From Octopus bimaculoides (taxonomy: Eukaryota): a stretch of 64,000 nucleotides of DNA. The notes beneath the pieces are model-generated. The model was not told the DNA's origin. It was given only the letters and a program-made list of their open reading frames with translations, and did not search any database. Positions 37,608 to 51,430 of this stretch are shown here, in pieces (position 1 is the stretch's first letter; every line of letters starts with the position of its first letter). The position numbers were made by a program, and so were the translations under genes. Where the stretch lies: contig NC_068982.1 of assembly GCF_001194135.2 (NCBI RefSeq), positions 101,560,747 through 101,624,746 on the forward strand. Direction: 5' to 3'.

Positions 37608-38335
37608 CCAGGGCGTTGACATGAGCAATGATGTATCTTTTCAAGTGCATATTACCGATTTGGTAATGAATTGTAGACGGCTAGCTGGATGGATCTTCCG
37701 AACTTTCAAAACAGGAGAAAAGGAGACAGTGATGGTCCTTTGGAAGGCATACCTCCTCAGCCGTTAGGAATACTGCTCCCAACTATGGTCACCATACAAT
37801 ATCAAATTTTCGGCGGAACTCGAAGCAATCCAACGAAGCTACACTAAGAAAATCATCTCAATGCAGCGTATCAACTACTGGAAAAGACCGGAAGAATTAA
37901 AACTCTTCTCCCTAGAATGAAGGTGGGAAAAATATGCAGTGATATACATCTGGAAATCCAGGAAGGCCTTGTAGCAAACTTTGGCACTGAAAGTTACTCA
38001 AACTGCAGAACGAGGCGCCACTGCATAGTGCCAAAGATCCCAGCATCGCCATCAAAATACAAGACCAGATATTAAACAGCTTGGGTTTCAAGGGCTCTTC
38101 AATATCCTTCCAAAATGCCTGAGAGACCTGCATAGTGTGGATGTAGGTACCTTTAAAGCAAAACTGGATCTTCTCATCTCAAGGGTTCCAGACGAGCCTA
38201 CCTCACGGCAGGAAACACATATGAGGGCAGCAGCATCAAACCTTATTGACCAAATGCCACTTATCAGAAATGTTTCAAATGATGGTGTAACTCAGTCAAC
38301 GGTGGTGCCCCAGCATGACCATAAATTTGAGCTGA
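37607..38335 (+). mobile_element. CR1/L2-group LINE 3' fragment (RT C-terminus and 3' UTR)
   Basis: DQGVDMSND..GWIFRTFKT..EYCSQLWSP..LEAIQRSYTK..LKLFSLE; stops and frameshifts. Confidence 0.85.
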
Positions 38336-38353
38336 ACCATTTTAAAGATTTAA

Positions 38354-38394
<41 letters not shown>

Positions 38395-38418
38395 GAGACA
38401 GAGGAGAGNNNNNNNNNN

Positions 38419-38467
<49 letters not shown>

Positions 38468-38989
38468 GAGACAGAGGAGAGGAGAAAGGTAGAGTTGCAC
38501 AAAGTAGCGTTTATAATAATATATAATAATACAATGATACATTCGAGCGAAGAAAGACTTTTCGCTGCGAAAATAGTGTCGGGAGAAATTGCTCCCCGTA
38601 GACAGCATATGTGAAAGTAGATTGACCTTTGACTAACATTATCGGATTGAGGGACGCCTGCATTTCTGCGTTGTTACACATCATCAACTACTGATACCAA
38701 ATATCGACTTCAACAACTCCATCGGAACGATAGTTCTAATATAGATATGGACAGGATATAACAAATCTATTGGCATCCCCCAAATCACATAGATTGAGGA
38801 CTATCACTTGAATCTTTTGTTCTTCGACATATCACCTTTTATAATAGCAATAACAAAAGTCAGGACAAACTTTGAACATAAGAAAATCCTTTAAAATCTC
38901 ATCTTATTGTTTGTCTGCGGGTAATATATAAATTGCGCTAAAATATACTAACAAATAGAATATCTTGACATTTACAAAAATAACGAGTA

Positions 38990-41170
38990 AATAAGTGAAA
39001 CAATGTCGTATCTATGGAGAATTCTCCTCGGAAAGCTTAAATTTGGATTATGAATGAAGAGCTTCAAGATCATCTTGATGATATGTGTATCTGTTTTCCC
39101 ACGAGGGTACGTGATATCTGATGATGTGAGAACAAGACCGAAGAGGAGATCTATGGTCACATCTTACTCAGCTCTTCAATTTTACAGCGTGGAGTAGACT
39201 TTGCTGGCTGCTGCTGCTATTGCGCAGAACAACAAACAAAATATCAGATGCAATTTTGGAGATTTCTTCCCTCGAATAGTGGACGAAGATTACTCAATTA
39301 TATAGATATTATTTGTAGAGATATTCAACATAAATGTGAGGCCTTCTTAAAACTATTAGTTGGCAGAGATTCCGGGCGCAGCATTGTGAAACTGATCACC
39401 GTGGTGGAGGAGGTGATATGAAAAAGAATGTGATATGCACCTTGATTAACTACAAAAAGTTTTTGGATTCAGTCTCAGAGAAGTGGTTTATCAAAATGCT
39501 GAAGATACAACAGTTTGACCTCACCAGTATAAACTTCATAAAACTGCGATGAAGAAGTAGCAAGCAATATTTACGATTCCCAGCAATGACAGGCTCACAG
39601 AGACATTGTACAGGGTTATACTAATGCGATAAGGGGAAAACTGTGTGAAGGGTGTCCAATAAAAGCCACAAAAAAAAAAGAAGTTCCAGTTTTGGAGAAT
39701 GCAAATCTCCAAGAATTTTAATGATTGTAAATTTGCATATCTGAAATTAATTTGGTTATTATCAGATGTTAATTTCTTAAATATCAGATTTGGAAATCCA
39801 ATTTTGTTTTGTGCATTTCTACACAAAGTTGTATGCATGAAGTCATAATATGAATATTTTTTCTTTCTTTCTTATTTGTGTCATAAATCGGGTTATATTT
39901 TCCTTTATGCAATATTGTTTCCTATATTTTCTCAAGCTCTTCCGTCTCCTGTTCCAAAGCCAAAGGGAAAATATTTATTTTTTGAACAGAGTATGCGGCA
40001 TCATGAACTTCTGTTCATATTATATATAAAACTGGATGAGAAAATAAGAGAATACTGCAAAAATATCTAAAAGAAAGTAAAAATCTAAACTTGATATCAA
40101 TGATAAAAATCCGCTCTCAAATTTACCTGATTCTTGATCCTATTTGGATTCAGGATCTCTCATATTTTCGAACGCAGTGGTAAGAAATTATTTGCACAGA
40201 AACTTCAACTAGACTTGAAGCGCTATTCCAAGGAGTGGCTGATACTTGCGGAAATGTTCTCATTGTTATTTCTTGATTTAGAGCATGTCATGTAAAATAC
40301 TTTGCATTCTTTTATTTTTACCATTGTTCGTAACAAAGCTAAACGTAGTCTATGGGCAAAACTATCTATGAATAAAGCAAGTGGATATTTCTTTTCAACT
40401 ATTGACTGCAAGCCATCCAACTCCCCATACTTGACAACGCCATCTCAGCAACTATTTAGCTTACACGTATATTACGAAATTTGTAACGAATGTGCAAAGA
40501 GTTGTTCTGCTTCGATAGACGTTCTCAACCTCGAAAATTCGTTCACATAACTTAGCACTCAATGCAAAACGAAGCCCACATAACATAAATTGGTACTGTC
40601 AGTGGTTTCAAAAAGCATTGCAGAAAGGAATTTTGTGTGTTTTGATCATTTTTTGTTATTTCATCAACTGCAATATATTGACACAGTCTCTACGAGGTAG
40701 TTATGTAATAAACTGGACATTCCACTGAAAGTTGTAGTATTGTCAAGGAAACATTTTAACTCGCTGTCATAATTGCTTAGCACATCAATAAATCCGACGT
40801 AGTTACAGTATTTAACGAACTAGTTATTGGCCTTATCAGGACCTCTAAATACTTGCCTCTTTTAACAAAATAATATACTACATCAAAAGAACGTTCCATG
40901 AATTTTCTGTTCCGTTTAACAATTTATGCTCATTGTCTGGAACATTCCTTTGATCACTCAATCCAGTTTTACCAGAGGACTTTTATTTTCTCCTGATATT
41001 ACAACATGCAAGTGATTTGCTTATAGTCTGTATATTTTAATTGCTTTATGTACATGTGACAAATCCTTACATCTATCTGTAAGTATTCAATATAATTTTA
41101 TCATTTAAATACAGAAGACATCAGCAACAATAAACTCTTAGCACACTAATAAATCCAGCAAGCCTTTCTA
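38990..41170 (-). mobile_element. Decayed hAT transposase pseudogene (Tip100/ZMYM-like), most of the coding span
   Basis: Collinear motifs YCC*CLLY, RQVFRGPD, AMLFETTD, DGLQSIVEKKYPLALFIDSFAHRLRL, QINFRYANLQSLKFLE and SPKLHLIFCLL..ASKVYSTL (dimerisation domain). Confidence 0.8.
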
Positions 41171-41199
41171 TTGTTGATGTAAATTTTAATGATAGTGAT

Positions 41200-41402
41200 C
41201 AGGCAGAACCGTTAGCGCATCGGACGAATTGCATTTCTTCCCGCTCTTAACATTCTGAGTTCAAATTTCTCCGACGCTGACTTTGTCTTTCATCCCCTTG
41301 GTGTCGATAAAATCCGTACCAGTTGAGCACTGGGGTCAATGTAATCGCGTAACCCACTTCCACAAAATTGCTGGCCTTGTAACACAATTTGGAACTATCA
41401 TT
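41200..41402 (+). mobile_element. SINE family A
   Basis: GGCAGAACCGTTAGCGCATCGG...TGCTGGCCTTGTAACACAATTTGGAACTATCATT. Confidence 0.8.
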
Positions 41403-41972
41403 AACGTACATGATACGTTTTGAAACACAGATTTTTTTTTTTTAACACTTAAAGGAAAATTAAATTTAGATATATGCTGGCCTTCTTTCCACAAAAAACT
41501 TTCTTATTGAAGAGTCATGAGATCTAGTTTGGGGGCAAATTAAAACTAATTAAATATATCGAATGACCTCTGAATGTCAACTAAACTTCTTATGTTCTAC
41601 GATGGCATTAGCTCTAGTCTTATACAGTAATACCGCCTCTTTCAAAACAAAATCTACCAAACTAGAAAACAAATTATATCATTATCATTGAAAAAATGAA
41701 TAATACTTTTATTAATGTAATAAATTAATAATATCATTATTAATTTAATAAAACAATAATGCAATTATTAATGTAATAAATTGATGATACCATCATTAAT
41801 TTAATAAATTAATAATAGTTTGAAATTTCAGAGTAATATAAATTGAATTTATAATATTTTTCCAAAACGTTAACGTCAGTTTTCAAGTACTACGATAATG
41901 GTGAGGCTAGTTGTCGACGATATTGTAAAACAGGAAATGGATATGAATTTACGATTGAACTTAATGAACAGA

Positions 41973-42019
<47 letters not shown>

Positions 42020-42212
42020 ACTTCAGACGAAAAGTAGTATAATAGTTGTAGAAGCAAAAGCAACACATCAGCAGCAGCAGCAGCAAACGTAGTACTAGTA
42101 GTAGTAGTACTCGTAGTAGCAGTAGCAGCAGCAACAGTAGTAGCTGTAGTAGTGGTAGTAGTAGTAATACAACAACATTGGTAGCCGCCGCCGCAGCAGC
42201 AACAGCAGCAGC

Positions 42213-42256
<44 letters not shown>

Positions 42257-42407
42257 CAGCAACAGCGGCAGTTGTAGTAGTGGAAGGAGCAGTCAGCAGT
42301 ACGCTGCATGTTTTCAAATCCTCTAGTAAAATTAAGTCATTAGTGGTCATCTTAATTCCAAAATATGATTTTATATTGTAAATGATGAGGAGGTTATGCA
42401 AATGGAA

Positions 42408-42890
42408 TACGACAGTGGATTGAAAAGTTCATATGTTGACTATGAAAGAGTGATGCTAGAGCAGTGAAATTTTGCATGCATTAACTTCAATAATAATAAC
42501 AGCATTGTATCTTTCCAAGTAAACTGACATGTGACCGTTCAAAGAAGACTTCAAAAGTAACCAGTAGAGACTTCTCTTGAAGACGGACAAAATTTGGAAT
42601 CGTGAGGTCATCAGGTACCTGCAGAAAGAGGATTTATCACCCAAGGGCATTCATACTGACATGGTTGCTATATTATGGGATGATGCTTCGGGTTTTCCAA
42701 CAGTACAAAAGTGGGCAGCTGAATTTAGGAGGAAAACATTGATCATATTCACACGATGATGGATGACAAAATAGCCAGTGTTGTGAGCATACCTCGTGAG
42801 AGAGTTGAGAATATTCTGCATAATGAACTTAGCATGACGAAGGTTTCTGTTCCGTAGGTGCCACGTCTTCTGGACACCTGATCAACGTAG
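42408..42890 (+). mobile_element. Mariner 5' end with N-terminal transposase fragments
   Basis: TIR-like TACGACAGTGGATTGAAAAGTTC; DKIWNREVIRYL..PTVQKWAAEFRR; ERVENILHNELSM.KVS..*VPRLL (WVPRxL motif). Confidence 0.8.
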
Positions 42891-43779
42891 TTCGACGCAC
42901 ATACGATGAGACGTATTTTGTATGGTTGAAAATGAACATTATTGATAAATGCTCTTTTGTATGTTAAAAAAAAAGTCATGAAAACGGCGGTAACCTGCAG
43001 ATACATATGCGTTGTGTACCGAGAGAATTCCTTGTGCCTAGTGTATAAAGTAATATTATCTTTATTAATTATAACCTGAGAAATATATCCCATATTTCCA
43101 TTTTGAAAAACAAGAATTCTTTATATTCTGGGGGACATGCAAAGCAGTATTCAGTATTAACAAATGCTGTGTGAGTATGCCCTTACAATATTTTTATAGC
43201 TAACCCTACTGACGGTTTGTGAGACATAACGTCTATCTTTACAGAAAAAATCTGCCAATGTTTTCATATAAATAGTTGTGTAATTACAGATGAGTTGACA
43301 GATGTATTACTTAACTACCTCTGTGGCTTTAATGCAACAGCAAGATCGATAAAATTACTTAGATTTTCATCTCACGTCTGCACAACAATATAGTCATTTG
43401 GTATTGCTATGAGAGTAATTAGTACGCTTTTGTCATTCTTCTCATGAAAATTAATCTCAGGCATAATAATGTGCCATCTGGTGGTCTGCCGTCTCTATGC
43501 TGTTTTTATTAAGTTTTCCATTGTGATTTACAGAGACGAATGGATGTTTAAAATAGTAGGTGTATCTAAAGGAACATTGTATGTTATCATGTCAATAAGT
43601 ATATTTTATTGGAACTACTGTTGGACATCCTGATCAAATATGGTGTATTATTACTTCAGAAAATACCTAACACAGCAAATTTTCGTCATCTATATTAGTG
43701 GAATTATGAAGTCGGCGAGCTGGCAGAATCATTAGCACGAATCTTGCCGATTAGCCTTGATTCTTCTATTTGTGTTTAT

Positions 43780-44130
43780 TGACATATCCCAGGGTATGGT
43801 TGCTTTGTCATTTTCTGAGAACTATTCTGGTATATGCTTATACCATTTTTTGTGTTGTCCTTTCTTAGGGCTGACTCCATTTCTGTCATGTCTGTGGATA
43901 TATTCTTTCTTGGCCAACACTGGGTAGCTAGAGAAATATGATTTATTGTTACTTCCTCATCACCATATATGCTACAGAAACTAATTATATCTTTCTTCAT
44001 TTTGGTGGTTTCTGGGGTGCGGTGGGGGTTAGGGATTTAATTTTTACTATTTCTTCTCTGTTTGGCTTATCTCGGTATTTGCCATGTAAGGGCATTTCTT
44101 ACAGTCGTTTTATCGTAGCATTTTAATCGT
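43780..44130 (-). mobile_element. R4/Dong-like RLE LINE fragment (post-RT region and decayed zinc knuckle)
   Basis: PLHGKY motif followed by MKKDIISFCSIYGDEEVTINHI, resembling CxxC..ET.xH. Confidence 0.65.
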
Positions 44131-44658
44131 TTTACAGTTTTTATTGTTTCTCCTTTTGCCTCACATTTGTCTTGCATCATGACCTCTACTTTGTATTTTC
44201 GACATCTTTGAAGATAAAAAAGATGTTTTTTATCTTACTATCATTATGAAGGCGATGAGCTGGCTAAATCGTTAGGACATCGGTTAAAATGATTAGCAGA
44301 ATTCCGCTCGTCTTTACGTTATGAGCCTCAAACTTATGGGTGGGGGGACTACTCGATTATACCGACCCAGTGTTTCGCTGGTACTTAATTTATCGACCCC
44401 GAAATGAATAAAGGCAAAGTCGACCTCGGCGGAATTTGAACCAAGAACATAAGGACGGACGCTAAGTATTTTCCCTGGGTGTGCTAATGATTCTGCCAGC
44501 TCGCCATATCAATGATCCTTTCTATTGGAAACACAAGGCTTCAGATTTGGGGGGATTAATAGTTCAGCACTGGTTTTGATATGACTTACCTATTCATTCC
44601 CTCTAAGATTGCTTACCTTGTGCCAAAATTTAAATGAATTATTATTATTATCAGTTAT

Positions 44659-44881
44659 TACGAGGGGGTGCTGAAAAGTTACTGGTTTTGGGTAAAACAC
44701 AATACAAGTGAATCAATGAATTATGATTTTATTCAACATATTCCTCTCTCGGATTCACACACTTATTGCAACGGTCCTCCAGTTTTTCTAAACTCTGTAA
44801 AAGAACTCGGAAGGTTGTGCCTCCAGCCAGCCCTTTCACGAAATTCTTATAGCCCGCAACTTTTCAGCACCTCTTCGAATA
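44659..44881. mobile_element. Mariner-type MITE, single copy
   Basis: TIRs CGAGGGGGTGCTGAAAAGTT / AACTTTTCAGCACCTCTTCG with a TA target. Confidence 0.9.
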
Positions 44882-46063
44882 TAATACTGATACAGGCAGT
44901 GATAAGGTAGAATGGTTAGTGCGTCGGACAAAGATACTTAACGGCATTTCCTCTGGCTCTTTACGTTCTGGGTTCAAGTACAGCCGAGGTCGACTTAGCT
45001 GCATCCTTTCAGAGCCGATAAAATAAGAAATATAAAATGAGCACTGGGGTCGATGTTATTGATTTTCCTCTTATCCTTAAAACTGCAAGCCTTGTGCAAA
45101 AATTATAAAGAATTATTGTTAATATTATCTTCATTACCTTCATAATAATTTTCATAATCAATTTCTTTCGTTTACAGAGTTTACAAATACAACAAAATGT
45201 GACGCCGTCATCACTCCTCGATCCAAAAGTATCAGTAATATATTATGAGTCTATGCAATCGACTTCGCTCTCCCTCTTTAAATTTCTCAATTTTTGATGA
45301 TATTGTCCCTGTAATCGTCATTATCAATGATTAAGAACGCCGAGAAGTATATAGAAACGGTAAATTTTACTTTTACCCATCAACCTATTTCTGCTGGCAA
45401 AGCGGACCCTTCTTCGCTCCAGTTTGCCTTTAGTTTTTCAGCAGGTCTGTTGTTGATTGAATAGACTGTAACACAAATACGTTGTTCTTATGACTATATA
45501 AGGAATCACTATTATTATAAGAGATGCTACCGTTGAATAGTCGTGTCAGCTCTGGCACGGAATATTTGGTTGAAAACAAACTATAGCAAAGAAAAGAACA
45601 ACGCCGAGTCACCATGTTTTCTTGTTGACAACCAATCATCTTCTCTCCGATGTCTTTTCCCCACTTCAGTCTCCCAGTCTCTCTTTCCCTCCCCCTCTCG
45701 TTCTGTCTTTGTGCTTTTTATCAGATTATGAAAATAAACACGATGAATGTTGGTTTTTATTTCTCTAACTGTTCAAATAATTAATAAAACAGCAACTTTG
45801 GCAAACAACACACGAAGGAAACGCCTCAGAGTCATCTCTGTTTTCTTTCTCTCTTTTTCCTCTCTCCTTCTCGCTCCCTTTCACCCAACATCCCCGACTC
45901 GAACTTTACTTTTCTATCTCATATTTCTTTTTTCCCTTTTTGTTCTCCAGCTTTCCTTCTATCTTTCTCTCTCCATCCACCACCTCCTCCTCTCTTTGTC
46001 TCTCGTTTTTCTCTCCCTCTATTTCACACTAACACTTATATCTTTCTAACTTTATTCTTTTAG

Positions 46064-46127
46064 GCAATCGCATCTGGAAATGGTGTTGTTTGCACAGAGC
46101 AATCACACCCACCACATCCACGAATAT
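46064..46127 (+). other. Candidate 64-bp exon
   Basis: Branch-like TTCTAAC, acceptor TTTATTCTTTTAG|G, donor AT|GTATGT; all three frames are open. Confidence 0.4.
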
Positions 46128-46666
46128 GTATGTGTAACACGCACATATGTGTACATATATGTACATTACAAGTCCTTCGCATGCATGGCTCAACATAAAT
46201 ACACATACGTATGTAATGTAATATATATATATACACATATACACACGTGTGTGTATGTGTGTATACAAATGTATGCATATGTATACATACAGAATATTGC
46301 CGGAAGGCGCTTACTACCTGGTAAATACATTGGCTAGTTAAGCCGACCATGTTAAAGAAAGTAAATTTTTACCATCATCTCTCAACTACCACTATACTTC
46401 TACCAATCACAAATGCTCAAACAAAACTTCACGTATACACCAACACAAAGACATACACGACCATACAAACACATACACAAAAAATACTCATAGACACACT
46501 CACGCACACGCACGCACACGTACGCACACGTACATGCACGCACACGCACACGCACGCACATGCACGCACATGCACACACACGCACGCACACGCACGCGCA
46601 CGCGCACACGCACGCACACACACTTATATGTATATAAAAATGTATACGTGTATATATATTGTATGC

Positions 46667-46701
<35 letters not shown>

Positions 46702-46950
46702 TGAATACATTATAAAGTATTATGTGTCTGCATCTATAAGTAATGTGTGTGCATTTATCAACGTGAAATCTGTATATACACACACTCACACGTACATACG
46801 CGCACACGCACTCACTATCGGTCAAGAACTGAAAAGCAGTGTTTTGATATGCTAAATATTCCCTATAGATATAAACATCACAAATATGATAAACTCATTT
46901 TAATCAAAATATTATATCTATCCACACATCTATCTATCTATCTATCTACT

Positions 46951-46983
<33 letters not shown>

Positions 46984-47578
46984 CTTTATCTGCTTATCTA
47001 TTTATCTATCTACTCATCTATCTATGTACCTATATATCTACTTTCCTACCGAACTATCTATCTATCTATCTGTACCCACACATATACACATAAACACATA
47101 CCTATGTGTGTGTGCGTGCGCGCGGGAGCCTTACGCACACAATTTTTACATATATGTGTATACCTTTATGCGTTTGTATGTATGCATCTATCTATACGTG
47201 CATCTAAAAATTTTCATATATGACTCCCTTAGTAGGAAAAAAGAAAAGAGACAAATAAGAAATAAACGCAATGCTTTCTTTCTTGTTTACCTGAAATTCA
47301 TAATTTTCTGCTTCGCACTTATTAATCAACTGCATTTTTTTTTTTTTTTTTGTATTTGTCTTACAATCCTGCTTTGAAAGTCAGGAATAAGAAATAGTTC
47401 TCGCTCTTAAGTGAAGTTATCTTGGGGGAACTTGGGACTTGTAATGTTTGCAGTTTCATCTTCGTTTACAAGGGAGCTCAAATGGAATATAGTCTTTGAC
47501 AACCAAAGTTTTATCTGCAGAAGAATTGTATTAATCCTCGTTTATACATTTTGTGTTTTTAATTTTGTTCTGTTGCAG

Positions 47579-47668
47579 GGGGGGGGTGCATACTAGTGAC
47601 TTTCGTAGCTACCCACCACCTACTGAGACCGAGGAAATCGATAATATCGTCGCTCCATCTCAGCAGTT
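47579..47668 (+). other. Candidate 90-bp exon
   Basis: Acceptor TTTTAATTTTGTTCTGTTGCAG|G, donor TT|GTGAGT; two open frames, one reading GGVHTSDFRSYPPPTETEEIDNIVAPSQQ. Confidence 0.4.
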
Positions 47669-47949
47669 GTGAGTCGACGGCTGTTGCGAGGGAATTCTAA
47701 GGGATAGGCGTACTAGATAGAAAAGGACAGAGCGTGTTTGTTTGTATAGAGCTTGAGATAAGAGTGGAAACAAAAATGAGTGACAATAAAACTAAAGTTA
47801 GAGGATGGGGGCATCTGCGTAAAGGGGGTACGACTGACTCACTCAGAAGAGTAGAAGCCTACTGAAAGAAGAGATTGCATGTTCAGGAATCAGAGGTTGG
47901 AACATGTCTGTGAGGGACTTCATGCCAACCAGTCAAGTAACCTTTCTTT

Positions 47950-49260
47950 GAAAACAAGTCTTGGATACCTATGTATCTAGCAGTTGCACCTTGCCAGATG
48001 CGAGTGGAATATTCTGTTGTGGATCTCGTCTGAGTGTTTTAGAAGGTTGGTTATTAAAGATCAGCCTTGATGAATTTTCTGGACTTGAACAAGAATGCCA
48101 TTCTTCGTGAAGTTCTGCGTTCTTCTGGTGAGGTCCGCTGTTATGGCAAGGCCTAGCATCTGTAGCTGTTTTGCATCGTTTCGCTATGCTGTTTATGTAG
48201 AGATTAATGGAAAAAATATTCTCTTGGTTATCTGTGGTGAGTGGGTCTTTGTGATAATGAAAGAGACAAGATTGACACGATTTCACAGGAGAATGCTATC
48301 AAGGTCTCTGTTTATGGATTCAGTGCAGGTCGAGATGGTATACACCAGAGTTGATAGAGTGTGAATTATGGAGAAACGTTTTAGCATACACTTCGATGAT
48401 GCTGTTTAACAGAGACTCACTGATTAAACTGATCAGAGAGGGACAAAGTCAGAAATTTTTCAGACAAGGTGAATGCTTCGCAGATGTTGAGATAGAGAAC
48501 ATTGTTTGCAGTGACTTAATCGTGGGCTGGAGTAAGAGAGTAAAATACTCGTAGATCTAGGTTTTCGAAGTCCATACTGGTGTCTTAGGGTAGACGTTAA
48601 TGTTTGTCTTTGGCACATTTGAAATTATGGAACAATTATGAAAGTGACTTCAACCAGGCACTAGGTAGAAAGATCAGACTTGTTTCTAAAGGAAGATCAC
48701 AGCAGGGGGGATAAATGGAGAGAGAGAAATAGAGAGAGAGAGAAGGAGAGAGATGGAGAGAAATGCAGAGAGAATGAAGAGAGGAATGGAGAGCGAGAGA
48801 GACTGACAAGTTAATTGGAGGAAAGTAGAAAGAGCGTTATTAGCGGAGTGTTGTGAGCGATTATAAATTGTTTCGTACTTATAATGTATGTATGAATCGT
48901 ATTCAGCTTATTGAAGTAGTAAAGGATCGCCCCCATAGCTATCCCTTACAGTGTGTTGTTATTTGGAAACAGGAAGCAATAATCTGGACTTTGTCTTATC
49001 CGGAACATTCATGGTGCAAAAATGAAATTAAAAAAAATTAATTCGGCAAATTAGTGCAAGTCCTCTTGTCCTTTTGTTTTGGGACCAATTCATTCGGATG
49101 CACTTTGGTAGACAAGTATGGCTTGCAGGCTGTTTAATGCACGTATTGGAGTAATTTCAGAGCTGCATAAAATCCACCCAGGTGTGGGTAATTTTCTCCA
49201 ATCATTGTAGGCCACGATATCTGCTTCAAATCTTGAAGTCTAGCTGTGAATGAACCCCCT
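47950..49260 (-). mobile_element. Decayed LINE apurinic-endonuclease (APE) region, interrupted by GA-rich sequence
   Basis: KRTRGLALICR, INVYPKTP, TFLHNS..SGVYHLD and VKSC..DPLTTDNQ occur in APE motif order; heavily degraded. Confidence 0.45.
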
Positions 49261-51011
49261 GAGGTACTTAAAGATTTAATATTCATATCCTACAAAACAT
49301 CGATGTATTATTTGATTACCGAATATTGCTTTGAAAGATCCTCTGATATAGATGTACCGTGCTAAAAGCACAGATATATATCAAAGCAGAAAACTGCCCG
49401 TTACAGAATCCAGAACTGCCAGATCACGTGATCTCAGCGCTTCCTCAGTAACAGGCGTCCATCCCTGCATACCAGTCAAATCTTACTGCCAAAGATATGT
49501 AAAGTAACAGTTGCTTTTCAGTCAGTGGTGCCGCAGATAGCCAACAAGCTTATTAAAATATTAATATTAGCGACTGAATGCTGAGCTGGGTGCCTTCCAC
49601 TGAGGAAGTTCACGACGCAGATCTGACAGACCTGCCCTTTTACTAGACGGTTCTCGTTGACTAAGATATAGGTCTGTGCTTTTAGCACTGTACGTCTTTA
49701 TGAGAGAATCTCTTCAGGCATATACCACAGTATTTGGTGCTCTAATAATACATCCACGATTTGTAGGATATGAACATTGTGTCGTGGTATTAATACTTCT
49801 TCGATCGCAAATATTCATTTTTCAATACGCCGGCTTGCTGTTTGCGACACCAACCATAGAATTAGATGTATTTGAAAGAGTGGAAGAGGAATATTTTGAA
49901 CCAGAGTAACTGGAAACTGTTGTATCGGATATTCAAGTTATAGAGTTCAGTGGCGAGTTGAGTGAAATCTACAGATACACAGATAGAAGCTTTCAGAATG
50001 AAACGCGAGTATAAAGTGTAGATTGGTCTGAAAAGATGCATTGCAGACAACTTGCATTTTTGTGGCATATCGCACTCTTTTCACATATATAATTCTTTAT
50101 AGGATAGTATACTTTGAGCTTAACAATTTTATTCGTTTGGTCTACATAGATATGATGCAACATTAGATGATTTCAGTAATGGGTTATAAAAGAGAATTAG
50201 ATTAGAAGCACAAAAATATCTCAGTGTGTTCCATGAGTCTATATGTCAAAACAATAACATGTATTGCTGTTATATGCATGGATGTTAGTGTAACCTGTAA
50301 CGTCTGTGTTTTAGAACCTTTAGTACTCGAATTGCATATCTATCTACAAGTTATTTATGCATGCTCCGGTAAGGGGCAACAGATTAGAGATTATCCTCTG
50401 CTGAGTAGAGTTCGCAAATTGTCTTCGATTTCCAACATTTTTGCATTACTATTACTCTTCTTGGAAAGAATGAACATGAGAATATATGTGCTTATCTATT
50501 TCTAAAAACCAAAATTCTGCATAAACACTGGCCAATGAGGGAGACTTAATTTATTAAAAACAACTGGACAAACACACCCTACTGCTTTCAACAAAGGAAA
50601 GGAACGCTGGGCAATGTTGTAATAAGTATATTATGAGTGATGTAAAGACAAAAAAGCCTGGTTACTCACACGCAGAACATTTTTGATCAAAGGTCAGATC
50701 GATCAGTGCTGATCTGATGGCAACTCTATAAAGTTAAGAACAACTATCGGAAAGTTGAAAATCACAACTAAACAATTTATCACACTTTCTCATCACTTAA
50801 GTCATAGAGTTAAGTAATGTCTTGCCTTTTTAATAAAAGCAAGGCTATGAATATTTCATTAAGTGATGTATATCTATCAGATAGCGTTTGTTTAAGACAA
50901 TGTTTTCATCTATTTATTTATTCATTCTATATTTATTCATTCTAACCGTTCTATGAAAGAAAGTGTTCATCTATAAAAGACTGAGTGCCACTTTTTAAAA
51001 ATGAACATATA

Positions 51012-51430
51012 GGCGTAGGAGTGGCTGCGTGGTTAGTAGCTTGCTTACGAAACACATGGTTCCGGGTTCTGTCCCACTGCGTGGCATCTTGGGCAACTGT
51101 CTTCTACTATAGCCTCGGGCCGACCAAAGCCTTCTGAATGGATTTGGTAGACGGAAACTGAAAGAAGCCCGTCGTATATATGTATATGTATATATGTATA
51201 TGTATATATGTATGTGTGTGTGTATATGTTTGTGTGTCTGTGTTTGTTCCCACCAACATCGATTGACAACCGATGCTGGTGTGTTTACATCCCCGTAACT
51301 TAGTGGTTCGGCAAAATAGACCGATAAAATAAGTACTAGGCTTACAAAGAATAAGTCCTGGGGTTGATTTGCTCGATTAAGGTAATGCTCCAGCATGGTC
51401 ACAGTCAAATAACTGAAGCAAATAAAAGAG
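51012..51430 (+). mobile_element. SINE family B, full length with internal (TA/TG)n
   Basis: Head GGCGTAGGAGTGGCTGCGTGGTTAG...GGGTTCTGTCCC, microsatellite 51174-51228, tail CAGCATGGTCACAGTCAAATAACTGAAGCAAATAAAAGAG. Confidence 0.9.

Noticed and set aside
39166-39214. Minus-strand exon ending AAASKVYSTL* (PDZ-like terminus)
   Set aside because: It is the decayed hAT dimerisation-domain motif within the transposase fossil.
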